Shown here in pieces: positions 54,831 through 63,695 of a stretch of 64,000 nt of DNA (its first letter is position 1; every line of letters begins with the position of its first letter). Both the position numbers and the translations under genes were made by a program. The notes beneath the pieces were generated by a model, which did no database searches, had not been told where the DNA came from, and was given only the letters and a program-made list of their open reading frames with translations. Source of the stretch: Lingula anatina (lineage: Eukaryota; Animalia; Brachiopoda); assembly GCA_051362555.1 (NCBI GenBank), contig CM120640.1, positions 65,388,788-65,452,787 of the forward strand, given 5' to 3'.

Positions 54831-57800
54831 TTCTCTCTCTCTCTGTTTATTTTTAGACTGATGTGGTATGTTATTATTTTTCCTAGTATGATGTTGTATG
54901 TTTTTTGTTAAATGATGGGAGATTTCAAACCCTAACACATGTCAGATATGTATGAAAAAGCAAACAATGTTTTTAGACAATTGAACATATGGGCCAACCA
55001 GTACTTATAATGTTTTTGATTACCTTTTATTTGGTGATTCTTTTTGTATAATTTCCAGAATGCTTGGCTACCATGCAAGAGGAGCTCACCTCCAAGTGAA
55101 CCCTACAATCAAGACCAGGGATTTGATATTTACATAGATGCATGCAAAAATATGCCAGATGGTGTCACATTTTCTAAGGTATGAAAACTGGTTAAAAAAA
55201 ACACTTTCACTGAAGAAGTTTTGTGAAGAGCTTTGGTGACAGCAACATATTCAGATATAATAAAATCTCCTTCAGTAATTGTGGTTTGATGGTCAGATAT
55301 AAGTTACAAGAATTTTTCTTATCCCAGGTTGCTGGTAGAATCCTCAGTAGAGATGCTGGTAGTTTCTTTGGTGCTGATGTGGATGCTGCAATTCAGATAA
55401 CCAGTGATGACATTTACAATCCTGTGTATAACTATAGGCTAGAGATGAGGGACCCAAACATCTCACCTACAGCTACATTATTACTAAAGGTAATCAGATC
55501 TGCCGTTCTGTGTGGAATTGCATTTTTTTAGTTTGATTTGCTTTTTACATAAAAAGAATTAACCAGAAACTTGTTAATTACTCTGTGAAATTATTCTTTG
55601 TTATTTTTGTAGATCTATACACGTGAGAGATTTGTGGAAGACCATCCCTTAGTCAATGCTTATGCAGTTCTCAACATTTTTGTTGAATCTGGAACTGAGA
55701 CTCAGCCAGAAGATGACAATACTGATGCCCAGGTACTGCTAGAAAACTGTGCTTCATATTGAAAGTATTTTGTACAGCCATATAAAATTGCTGGTTTAGA
55801 TTGATTGTGTGAGCTCATTTCAATGAACGTCATGCAGCATTCAAGTGTTACATGTGTTATCTTTGATTATGTCAGTATTCAGATCATAGACCAAAGTTGT
55901 TCTTTCAGATATCTTCGAACAAACTGTTCACATCTATATCTTCCAGATCTCTCTGAATGAGGGTGCCCACCAGTTGCGTCTATATTTCAGTGGACCTCAG
56001 GCAGGGGAACCAATTACAGGCTCATGCCTACACGACACAGCTGCGGGATACATTTCTGGGGCCACTATCTTGGTTAGATTGGTCAGCGCTGCCTTAGATA
56101 GCAATGGTCAACCTCTTGAGGTTAGTAGATTGATGGCATGGCCAGCTTGTAATCAATGAATTAAAGTCATAATAACTCTTCGTTTTGGCCAAAAATTGGA
56201 TTTTCCTGGAGTAAACAGCAATTTTCCCGTACTTAACAATGGTCAACGACCCCATTCCTGCATTCAAAGCTAGTCCAGGGTTTTTTTCCTAAACGTTTGG
56301 TTTTTTTTGTTTAAATCTCTTAAGAGATTTTAACTGACATAGCCCTCTCTGTCATTGCATAGTCATGCGATATCGAGTGATAGTTTCTGGTGACCTACTT
56401 AAAACCGCGGGAAAAGCAGACAGCAACAACACTATATAACAATAATATAAGATTCATAACATATATTCATCTTATTGCTCAAAATGCATTTATATCTACA
56501 ATGTGTGCAATTCTGGACTATTCATTATCCGACGCACTGTACAGAAACTCGCAACTTATGTCTGCGTATTGCATCAGGCGTTTGGCGCCAGATGTTATTT
56601 TGGTCTTGAATGAACGCGAGAATCCACGTGACACACAAACGTCATTGGCAACGGATGCCTTAAAGACCGGGAAGCAAGGCATCGAAAGCCCTATTGACAA
56701 GCACAGATTATAGTTTTACTACAATAACGGCTGTTTTAGTGGTAAAATGCAATAGAATATATTTCCATACGTTGTTTACAATGTATTTCCTGCGGAATTT
56801 TGAATCTCAAAGGAAGAGTTATTATTGCTTTTAACATACATATCCCATGCAAAAACTTCATCAACATTTATATTATTGAGGATGTTAAATGCGCTGTTAA
56901 AAGGGAATGCACCATTGTTAGTTTCATATATACAAAGACCAGATACATAAAAAATGACTGAAGATGTCCTGTGCTCTGGGTCCCAGCCAAAGCTGGTCTA
57001 TCTGTCAAGGACACGTTCTCGTTCAAAGAGACCATGTCCCCAACCAGCCTGGGAACCTCCATGACACTTTTAGTTTTACTCTCAGAAAGACAAGAGGGTT
57101 CCATCAGTTGGGGGGAGGGGGAATGATCACAGTTTACGGGAAATATAATCATCAATTCACAAATCACAGTAAAATCAATCTTAAAGTCATAATAACTTCG
57201 TTTTGGCCAAAAATTGGATTTTCCTGGAAAAAACGGCATTTTCCCGTACTTACCAATGGTCAACGACCCCATTCCTGCATTCAAAGTTAATCCAGGGTTT
57301 TTTCCCTAAATGTACGTTTTTTTGTTAAAATCTCTTAAGAGATTTTAACTGACGGCGCCCTCTCTTACGTTGCATAGTCACTGGTGACCTACTTAAAACC
57401 GCGGGAAAAGCAGACAACAACAACAATATATAACAATAATATAAGATTCCTGAGATATATTCGTCTTTTGGTTAAAAATGCATTTATATCCACAATGTGT
57501 GCCATTCTGGGCTTTTTGTTATCCGACGCACTGTACAAAAACTCGCAACTTACGTCTGCGTCTGCATCAAAGCGTTTTGCGCCATGTTATTTTGGTCTCG
57601 AATGAACGCGAGAATCCGCGTGACACCCTTACGTCATTAGCAACGGATGCCTTAATGACCGGGAAGAAAGGCATCGAAAGCCCTATTGACAAGCACAGAT
57701 TTTAGTTTTACTACAATAACGGCTGTTTTAGTGGTAAAATACAATAGAATATATTTCCATGCGTTGTTTACAATGTATTTCTTGCAGAATTTTGAATCTC

Positions 57801-59054
57801 AAAGGAAGAGTTATTATTGCTTTAATTCATTTTCCACTGATAATACACTCTGAAAATCATGATTAACCTGGGATAATGATTTAGTTTCACGAAAGGCAGA
57901 GAATAAAGAGTTTCATTCATGAGTCTCAGGAATGTGGTGATTCACAAATCATGCTAAATAAAATTAATTGTTCACCCAGCTTTGGTAATAAAAAGTTGCA
58001 GTAATGGGTAACCAAAATGCCCAGTGGGACCCTCAGACAAGTTCCTCCCAAACTGACTGGAAACAACCATTTCACTTTCACCTTCACTTTCAGATAGACC
58101 AGGTCCCTCAAACTGACTGGGAAGGTCTTGGTCTCTGGGTGCCTGCTCCAGCTTACAGTAGTAGAGTTTATCTATCAATGTCATGTGAACCAGGCCCACA
58201 GGAAGTCTCCATTCTCCAGGTGTTGGCACAGAGGACCCCCATCACAGCACAGAAGTCCATAGAACTGGTGGCAGAGCAGAGAGAACTAAGAAACCTGAGG
58301 ACAGAGGATAGCATAGCCAACTTCATCACTGTAAGTGGATATGCTTGTGTGACAACATGGTATTGCACCCGTTTTCTTATGTCACATTTTATTCTGATTA
58401 TGATAAGCTAATTTGTATTAAGTATGGAAAAGATAAACTTTTGACAAATGAAAGAAATTGTCACTTTTCTGACTATATACTTGTTTCAGAAACAAGTACT
58501 GGGACTACCAAAAATATGATTGAACTATTTAATTTTGGTCATTTCAGGAGCAGCTAATCAAACCTCCGGGAGTACAGCCATCAGACATGCATCCTGCCTA
58601 TGTAGTGCCCTACAGCCCAAAACACGGCATTAAGGTATAGTGATATGAGTAAAACAACTACAAAAGGTATACTGCCAATTTATTGGATAGTAATGTTGTT
58701 TTTTTTTCTGGCTGCAAAAGATCCACTTTCAACTGTTTCTTGTCATATTTTCACCCAGGTGCGTGTAGATGGTGCTGTAAACCTCCCTTGGACCAACTTC
58801 ACTCATGCTCAGATCTGCCTGAATCCACCAGGAGCTTTCTACAAGGTAAACAGATGTGTGCATATACTTTACAGCTATTTGGAATTTTTGATATTATAAA
58901 CGCCTACTGTGGTCTAAAGATGACTGACCTTCACATGTTTAAATTTTTTATGCTCCAGGGTAACCCTCATGCAGCTTATGATAAACCTGTCTTCACAGAA
59001 AAACTGATGTTAACAAGCACCAACAAGAACCCACAGTGGGAGGATGGGTTTATG
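28305..59054 (+). CDS. CCDC17: Coiled-coil domain-containing protein 17-like (N-terminal Zn finger, coiled coils, C2-like domains); 3' end lies beyond the window
   Basis: N-terminus [30 protein letters not shown] resembles the CCDC17 CxxC-x12-H-x4-C start. Conserved blocks [38 protein letters not shown] and [15 protein letters not shown]. Exons (approx.): 28305-28484, 30231-30263, 31524-31691, 32139-32195, 33373-33493, 33666-33834, [34174-34563], 35053-35133, 35387-35529, 35898-36032, 36362-36615, 42502-42632, 42972-43178, 43462-43681, 44075-44185, 44495-44566, 45069-45175, 53581-53698, 54000-54270, 54481-54734, 55059-55178, 55328-55489, 55613-55731, 55947-56120, 58094-58330, 58548-58633, 58759-58845, 58959-59054. 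No stop codon reached. Confidence 0.8.
29010..29225 (-). mobile_element. Possible highly degenerate tRNA-derived SINE (Nin-domain-like) remnant
   Basis: Plus-strand pattern CATTATC..TGATAACCAGG...TTAATATGCTGAGTGC...TCTTGGTTTGA...CACAACCTTGCA..CAAGAGACAAGCACTCT resembles, from memory, the reverse complement of lophotrochozoan Nin-type SINEs. Weak. Confidence 0.3.
31045..31305. mobile_element. Degenerate MITE
   Basis: TAAGGCCTCATTCCCAT...TAGATCGATCCAACTC on the left is inverted with GAGTTGTGTAGATCTA...ATGGGAATGGGGTCTAA on the right. Confidence 0.5.
32391..32616. mobile_element. MITE with ~65-bp TIRs (PIF/Harbinger-like ends)
   Basis: AGGGACCGTTCATATGAAAAATCTATTTTCTAAAAATCTAT is perfectly inverted at the right end (ATAGATTTTTAGAAAATAGATTTTTCATATGAACGGTCCCT). 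TCA/TTA trinucleotides flank the GGG..CCC ends. Confidence 0.85.
32853..32934. repeat. (CA)n microsatellite
   Basis: Read directly from the sequence. Confidence 0.95.
37396..40285 (-). CDS. GPHB5: Glycoprotein hormone beta-5 (thyrostimulin beta)-like cystine-knot protein, 135 aa, nested antisense in a CCDC17 intron
   Basis: Exon 40285-40067 (signal peptide, then [50 protein letters not shown], donor GTGAGT) joins exon 37584-37396, which the ORF track misses (TTTCAG|[62 protein letters not shown]). This matches the GPB5 pattern CxGRC..E / HxVCTY..V.L..C..CxCxxC.....C and the intron position after the CxGxC motif. Likely 5' UTR donor CAG|GTAAGT at 41158/41157. Confidence 0.9.
37967..39902 (+). 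mobile_element. Non-autonomous Helentron (HINE) element, copy 2, inside the GPB5 intron
   Basis: Same GTACCACCAGCG 5' palindrome, (CCGGCTCC(G/T))n, about 5 units of the 146-bp repeat (~38770-39510), and 3' GCTGGTGGTAC..GAGGCGGTATCGCCTC..CTAGTT. Confidence 0.85.
42362..42485. repeat. (TA)n microsatellite abutting a CCDC17 acceptor
   Basis: Read directly; the acceptor is at 42500-42501. Confidence 0.95.
45330..46917 (+). mobile_element. Non-autonomous Helentron (HINE) element, copy 3
   Basis: Same termini as copies 1 and 2, with about 2.5 units of the 146-bp repeat. Shares an internal segment (GTTTTCTCTTTTGTCAGCATA..GAAAATCACAGGAGTGATCA) with copy 2 that copy 1 lacks. Confidence 0.85.
47178..48801. 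mobile_element. Possible Kolobok-like non-autonomous DNA transposon (TTAA flanks)
   Basis: TTAA|GGGATGTAGTAGAG at 47174 versus the reverse complement of the right end, TTAA|GGGGTGTAATAGGG (48805): 11/14 identity. No ORF. Confidence 0.45.
52138..52215. repeat. (TA)n microsatellite
   Basis: Read directly from the sequence. Confidence 0.95.
52264..52502 (+). mobile_element. Short HINE (pearl/DINE-1-like) nested in the larger HINE
   Basis: 5' CTCTGCCAAGGAGGTTATATTTTC, 3' inverted CCTTGGCAGAGG, hairpin GCACTCTCAAAGTGC, and CTAGTTTT end. Confidence 0.8.
54787..54844. repeat. (GA)n followed by (TC)n microsatellite (self-complementary)
   Basis: Read directly from the sequence. Confidence 0.9.
56165..56830. 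mobile_element. Kolobok-type TTAA-flanked element, direct-repeat copy A (~665 bp)
   Basis: TTAA|AGTCATAATAACTCTTC ... GAAGAGTTATTATTGCT(T)|TTAA: short TIRs starting with RR and TTAA flanks. Confidence 0.75.
57185..57821. mobile_element. Kolobok-type TTAA-flanked element, direct-repeat copy B (~637 bp)
   Basis: Same orientation and ends as copy A. Alignable along its whole length with scattered substitutions and small indels. ~350-bp spacer between the copies. Confidence 0.75.
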
Positions 59055-59402
59055 GTAGGTGTTATAACCCAAACCCATGATAGTGTGGTGGGGTAAGGGT
59101 AGTTATAGTGTGTTGAAGGTAATGTAACCCACAGTAGTATGCTGGGTTCTGGGTTAGCAGTATAACCCACAAAGGTAGGGTGGGTTCAGTGTATGTATAT
59201 ATAACCCACGGTTAGGATGGATTCAGGGAAGATATAATAACCCACGGTTATAGTGTGGGTTGAGGGTTGATAGTATAACCCACTGTCATAGGATGGGTTG
59301 AGGGTTGATATATAATATAACCCATAGTCATAGGATAGGTTAAGGGTTGATAATATAACCCACAGTCATGGGATGGGTTGAGGGTTGATATATAATATAA
59401 CC
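59028..59402 (+). repeat. ~37-42-bp minisatellite derived from a CCDC17 exon/donor junction (left part)
   Basis: Unit TATAACCCACAGTCATAGGATGGGTTGAGGGTTGATA. The first unit is the exon end AACCCACAGTGGGAGGATGGGTTTATG|GTAGG. Confidence 0.85.
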
Positions 59403-59728
59403 TTAAAAACACACACAGAGTCGGGCAAAATGACCTTTATTTCCCAGGATCTAGAACACTATAAATAAGTAGAACAGACAAACTCAATATTAATAGATTG
59501 GATCATAAATAAATTAAACCATTTCTGCAACAGATCATGAAAAGTCCCAACCCAAAGTAGGGATTATTGTGATGAAAGTCTAGTTAAAATAAGCATTTCA
59601 GTTCATTGCACAGTGGAGCAATCACAATCACTGCATTTGCACTTAATTAAATTGCACATGACACAGTTCATGTTCACACTTGAGCATGCATCTGGCGACA
59701 TAAAAGTTGTGTGTGGACTCACAAAACC

Positions 59729-60702
59729 TTATAGTTTCTGCACTGCTGATGTAACAACATCTAGCTTCATAGCTGTAGACGGTTTGATATATTCGTAGAC
59801 GGCGTCACTCTTCCAATCCCCCATGGCTTTGACCATGGCAAGGGGTGTACCTACGGACATCAGCCAAGTTGCTCCCCCTCTGCGAAGGCTGTGGGTGTTG
59901 TAGGTGGCTGAGGAGAGTCCAATATCTTTCAAAGCCTGGATGAGGCGACGACGAAACAGAGATTGCGTAAGCACAGATAAATTTCCTTTCTCATCTGTGT
60001 AGGAGAAGAGGGGTGTGTCAGGCGCTGCAAGCTGGGCACCCAGGAATTTTAACAATGTTGTGATGGGACAGAGGGCAGAACCTGCTATGTAAGGCAGCAC
60101 AACTGTATGTGGCGGGTGTCCATACTGATTTGTCTTTGACTTGGCTATCCTAAGTATGCCCCCTTTCCCCATCACAGAAAAATCTTTCCGACACAAAGAA
60201 TGTCCTGGTTCAGACTGGGATTTCACTGTCACGTTGCTTACTCGAAGAAGTCCAAAGAAAGCACAAAGGCAAGCGGCCCATTGTTGTAGGTCCAGCAAGT
60301 TGCTGAGGTTGAATGTGCCATGGAGTTTATAAAGGTGCTCTGGAAGTAGCGGCAGTTTTTGGTTCCCTTGATCTCCCTTGTGTCGTCTTATTCCCCCTAG
60401 GATGGTCTTAAGCTCCCATGATGTAAGAGGATTGCCTAGGCCAAACTCCATGTGCAGTATCCTGATGATGTTTAGGTATTGAAGGACTGTCGAGACAGCA
60501 CAAGAGCGTGCCAGAAAGGCAGCATAGCGGCACACGTTCTTACTTGACACCGGGAGTGGTGCACAGTTAATGGCATTGCAGAAGTTAATGTATGAATTAA
60601 AGTGTGTTCTGTAAGTCACTTTTGTGGATGTAGCGAATAGCTGAGACTTCCAAAAGGCAACTTCTTGGTCTAGTTCTCTACATAGCTTCGTGGCAGTATT
60701 CC
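59729..60702 (-). CDS. Tyrosine recombinase (phage-integrase family) of the retroelement; no own ATG, predicted spliced exon
   Basis: Catalytic R (FFGLLRVSN), K (SKTNQ), HxxR (HSLRRGGA), W (GDWKS) and Y (VYEY). The track start at 60619 is a GTG and the frame stays open upstream. Acceptor TTATGTTTCTGTATTCACAG|GG at 60703/60702. Confidence 0.9.
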
Positions 60703-62325
60703 CTGTGAATACAGAAACATAAGTGAATGAGCAGTCATGTGGTTATTAAGGTAGTATGCGGGTGGTAATATATTTAGGCATGAGTACCACAGATTTATCA
60801 GGTCAGTTAATTGGAAGGCTTTTCCTGGCTCATGTAAACGCGAGATTGTATCAGCAAGGACATTGTCCGTCCCCATTATGTGAGACGCTTCCAACGCAAA
60901 GTTACAATGCAGAGCCAGGCTCGATAGCTCTTTTAAAAGATTATTACACATGACGTTGGGTGAGGCCCCTTTGTTTATGATGTCCATAGCCACTTTGCTA
61001 TCTGTATGAATAACAACACGCTTGTTCTTCCATGTCACTCCCCATCTATGCGCTGCCAGGACTACAGCTGCGAGTTCCTGGACGTTAATATGCTGAACGC
61101 TCTGAACTGGGCTGTCTGAAAGCCAGTTGGTATAGAACCAATCCCCGTAGTGGAAAGCTCCCCCTGCGGTGCTACTAGAGTCTGTGTAAACATGTACTTG
61201 CTCGCGCATGTCCCATATCAGACGCGTATTGTTTCCCATTTGTAACCACGCAAGCCACCAGTCTATTTCATTGTGAATGTCCTTCACTCGGCATTTGTGC
61301 GATGGTTGCTTAAGTTCTCTAATCTTATAAAAAATTGGACGTAGGTGGGTCTTACCCCATGGAATCACATTGGCTGCCCACGACAGTCTGCCCGCCAACG
61401 ATTCCAGCTGCCTTCTGGTGGCACGTGTACGGCGACTGAAAGAACTTAATATCTGGCAAAGTTCCTCCACTTTTCCCTTCTCAAGTGAAAGTGTACCTTG
61501 CGTTGTATCAATCACTGTACCCAGAAAGGTCAGTTTGGTAGTAGGGTCAACAGCCTTTTTCCAATTAATTCTGAAGCCCAGCTGCCGGAGAAGGGCGATG
61601 AGCTCATTGTACGTAGTAAAACACTCTTCACGAGTCTTGCCCACCACTAAAAAGTCATCCAGATACACCACCAGTTTGTGTCCCCGCTTTTCCATTATCC
61701 TTTTCACAGCCTGGGTGATGCGATGGAAAATCATAGGTGATTTCCTGGCTCCGAACGGGAGTCTAGTGTCTGCTAACACTTGTTCTGCCGATGACCCTTG
61801 AAAATGCCACTGAAGGCCTGTGAGGCAGTACTGCGAAGGGTGGAGTGGCACTGAGCGATATGCAGAATGGAGATCAATTTTTGCGAGTAAATAGCCCGGC
61901 TTGATAAGAGATAGCGCATTTTCTAGTTTCTCACACTGGAAAGGTAGCTTTGAAGCATAGTCATTTACCGCATTTCCTGTTGGCCGACTGTAATCATGGA
62001 TTACGCGCACACCTCCGTCTGGCTTAGGTACAGCCGATAACGCACTAATAACTCTTGGAGACATGTGTGGCTTAATCAAATGTCCCTCCCGTAGTTCAGA
62101 AAGGAGTTGTTCCTCAACTTTGGACTTAAAGTCTGGGTGCAGCGCTGATTTGCTGTTTTTGGTTTTTGCTGGTGCTATGTTATCCGCCTTTATATCGTCT
62201 ACAATTTTAAAACCCGTCTCTATGCCCCCTATTACGAAGTCATAATCATAATCCCCTCTCATAAGTTCTTTCCATGTCTTTATGTTATTGGTTAGTGGGG
62301 ATACTGTGGGGGAATCCCCGGGCAT
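60670..62325 (-). CDS. Reverse transcriptase + RNase H (DIRS/Ngaro type), no methyltransferase domain
   Basis: RT motifs AVPKPDGGVRVIHDYS, KIDLHSAYR, RLPFGARKSP, YLDDF and FLG. RNase H motifs TDSS..GG, HINVQEL, TDSKVA and NVLADTISR. The ORF ends ~55 aa after RNase H. Confidence 0.95.
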   Translation of the reverse strand: MPGDSPTVSPLTNNIKTWKELMRGDYDYDFVIGGIETGFKIVDDIKADNIAPAKTKNSKSALHPDFKSKVEEQLLSELREGHLIKPHMSPRVISALSAVPKPDGGVRVIHDYSRPTGNAVNDYASKLPFQCEKLENALSLIKPGYLLAKIDLHSAYRSVPLHPSQYCLTGLQWHFQGSSAEQVLADTRLPFGARKSPMIFHRITQAVKRIMEKRGHKLVVYLDDFLVVGKTREECFTTYNELIALLRQLGFRINWKKAVDPTTKLTFLGTVIDTTQGTLSLEKGKVEELCQILSSFSRRTRATRRQLESLAGRLSWAANVIPWGKTHLRPIFYKIRELKQPSHKCRVKDIHNEIDWWLAWLQMGNNTRLIWDMREQVHVYTDSSSTAGGAFHYGDWFYTNWLSDSPVQSVQHINVQELAAVVLAAHRWGVTWKNKRVVIHTDSKVAMDIINKGASPNVMCNNLLKELSSLALHCNFALEASHIMGTDNVLADTISRLHEPGKAFQLTDLINLWYSCLNILPPAYYLNNHMTAHSLMFLYSQGILPRSYVEN

Positions 62326-62328
62326 CTG

Positions 62329-63432
62329 TCAGTAGTCCTTATGCTGCTGTAAGCCTGGCTGCTGTTGTGATTGCTTATGAGTAAAGTCTCCATGCCCAGA
62401 TGTAAGACAGGTGCTGCAGATGTGGGAAAATTTACAGTTCCTGATATTGCAGTCCAGCCGTCCATTAAACTTGAGGCAAACTGGGCGGCCTGTAGAGGGA
62501 TCCGATTTACTTTGCCTTTGTTGTCTTTGGGGGCGAGTTGGTTGGTTGGCTTTTACTGATTTCAACAGCAATTGCATGAGAAAAACACTGTCAGTGCCCC
62601 ACTGAAACCCCTGTGTAGCCTGGGCTTTCCTGTATTCCATGTCATAACGTAGCACCGACTGCCATTCGAAAGCTTGTGCCATGCAAGTGATCTTTGTGAT
62701 GTAGCTAACGTAACTCGCTACAGTTGCCAAGTCTATGCCCTCTTTCACTATCATTTCCGAGAGGATCTTCATGCTGGCCTCGGTGTACTGCATGGGCGTT
62801 ATGCTCTTTAAGGGGGGACGTCTGTCGCTGAGGGATACATTGAAGTCGCCAATCCTCACGGTCGCGCTGTCGTTTTGGCTAGTGTTGTACTGCTGTTTAA
62901 ACATAATAAAGTCCCGGACGTCATAATGGCGTTTTGCGGGGTTAGAAGCACCCAGGGAATCAAACGGGTCAAAGGTGCTCTTACCTTGAGGAGGCGTTGA
63001 TTCCTTATGAACTCCCTCGGTCGTCTTGGTTCCCAAAAGTTGACATAATTTCGTGTAGTCTAATTCTCCAGTGGGCGCCGCCATGTTTGTGACGTCACAT
63101 CCTGTCTCCGAGGAAGATGGCGGCTGCGCTTCCGGTCCTCTGCTGCTGCCTGCCCTGGCTCCGTCCGTCTCGCAAGGAGGGTCCACTGCAGCGTCGGCGA
63201 CAGGCCTTGCTGCAGTTGGTTTCGTTCTCACCTCTGTGTTTAGTGATGAAACTGCTTCCTGCAATAGCAGCAGCTGCCCTAGCGGTAGCGTCTTGCCGAA
63301 AGTTTTGTGGATCAACGTGTCCGTCAGCATCTTGCAGGATCTCGTCGAAGTGAATCCTGCTTCGCTCAGAATGGTCATCGTCTGATCGCTGAGTTCGTAC
63401 TCGTTTCTCCAAGCCTGGAACTCCTCGCCCAT
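62329..63432 (-). CDS. Gag-like protein: N-terminal SAM-like helical domain, C-terminal Cys/His zinc knuckles
   Basis: N-terminus FQAW..YELSDQTMTILSEAGFTS..L....I..LPLGQLLLLQEAV (SAM-like pattern). WQSVLRYDMEYR block. C-terminus CLKFNGRLDCNIRNCKFSHICSTCLTSGHGDFTH, typical of YR-retroelement gag. Confidence 0.85.
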   Translation of the reverse strand: MGEEFQAWRNEYELSDQTMTILSEAGFTSTRSCKMLTDTLIHKTFGKTLPLGQLLLLQEAVSSLNTEVRTKPTAARPVADAAVDPPCETDGARAGSSRGPEAQPPSSSETGCDVTNMAAPTGELDYTKLCQLLGTKTTEGVHKESTPPQGKSTFDPFDSLGASNPAKRHYDVRDFIMFKQQYNTSQNDSATVRIGDFNVSLSDRRPPLKSITPMQYTEASMKILSEMIVKEGIDLATVASYVSYITKITCMAQAFEWQSVLRYDMEYRKAQATQGFQWGTDSVFLMQLLLKSVKANQPTRPQRQQRQSKSDPSTGRPVCLKFNGRLDCNIRNCKFSHICSTCLTSGHGDFTHKQSQQQPGLQQHKDY

Positions 63433-63574
63433 GGTGCCGCCGTAGTAGATGTAGTAAAACGAGTATTTAATGAGAGCAAAGCAGAATAAGCTTAAACAGC
63501 AAGGTCGGTGTGCTAACGCTAAAAATTATGCATGTTTCAGCTGGCGGCGCCAAACAAAGACTGCCCCAGGAGTG

Positions 63575-63695
63575 AAATATTAATAGGGCCTACAAAGTTA
63601 AGCTGAATGACCATTGGCCACGCTACCGGATGTTTTTCACGTGGCCTAGTTACTAAGAGCTGATAGGACAAAATTGTTTTTCACATGACTAGTAA
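63575..63695 (-). promoter_or_regulatory. Putative internal promoter of the YR retroelement
   Basis: Two ~20-bp direct repeats with E-boxes (TGTTTTTCACGTGGCCTAGT 63631-63650; TGTTTTTCACATGACTAGT 63675-63693), CCAAT on - at 63613-63617, and an AT-rich TATA-like box at ~63577-63585, ~150 nt upstream of the gag ATG. Confidence 0.4.

Noticed and set aside
56390-57705. Duplicated ORFs [11 protein letters not shown]..
   Set aside because: They lie within the two Kolobok-like repeats, start at GTG, are frameshifted relative to each other and have no transposase motifs.
59520-59720. Hammerhead ribozyme or ICR in the YR element 3' UTR
   Set aside because: TGATGAAAGTC resembles part of a hammerhead core, but there is no CUGANGA with matching stems on either strand, and no segment complementary to both termini was found by eye. 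An Infernal search would be decisive.
61370-63489. Plus-strand and alternate-frame ORFs overlapping gag/pol
   Set aside because: Antisense or alternate-frame shadows of GC-richer coding sequence with no recognisable motifs.
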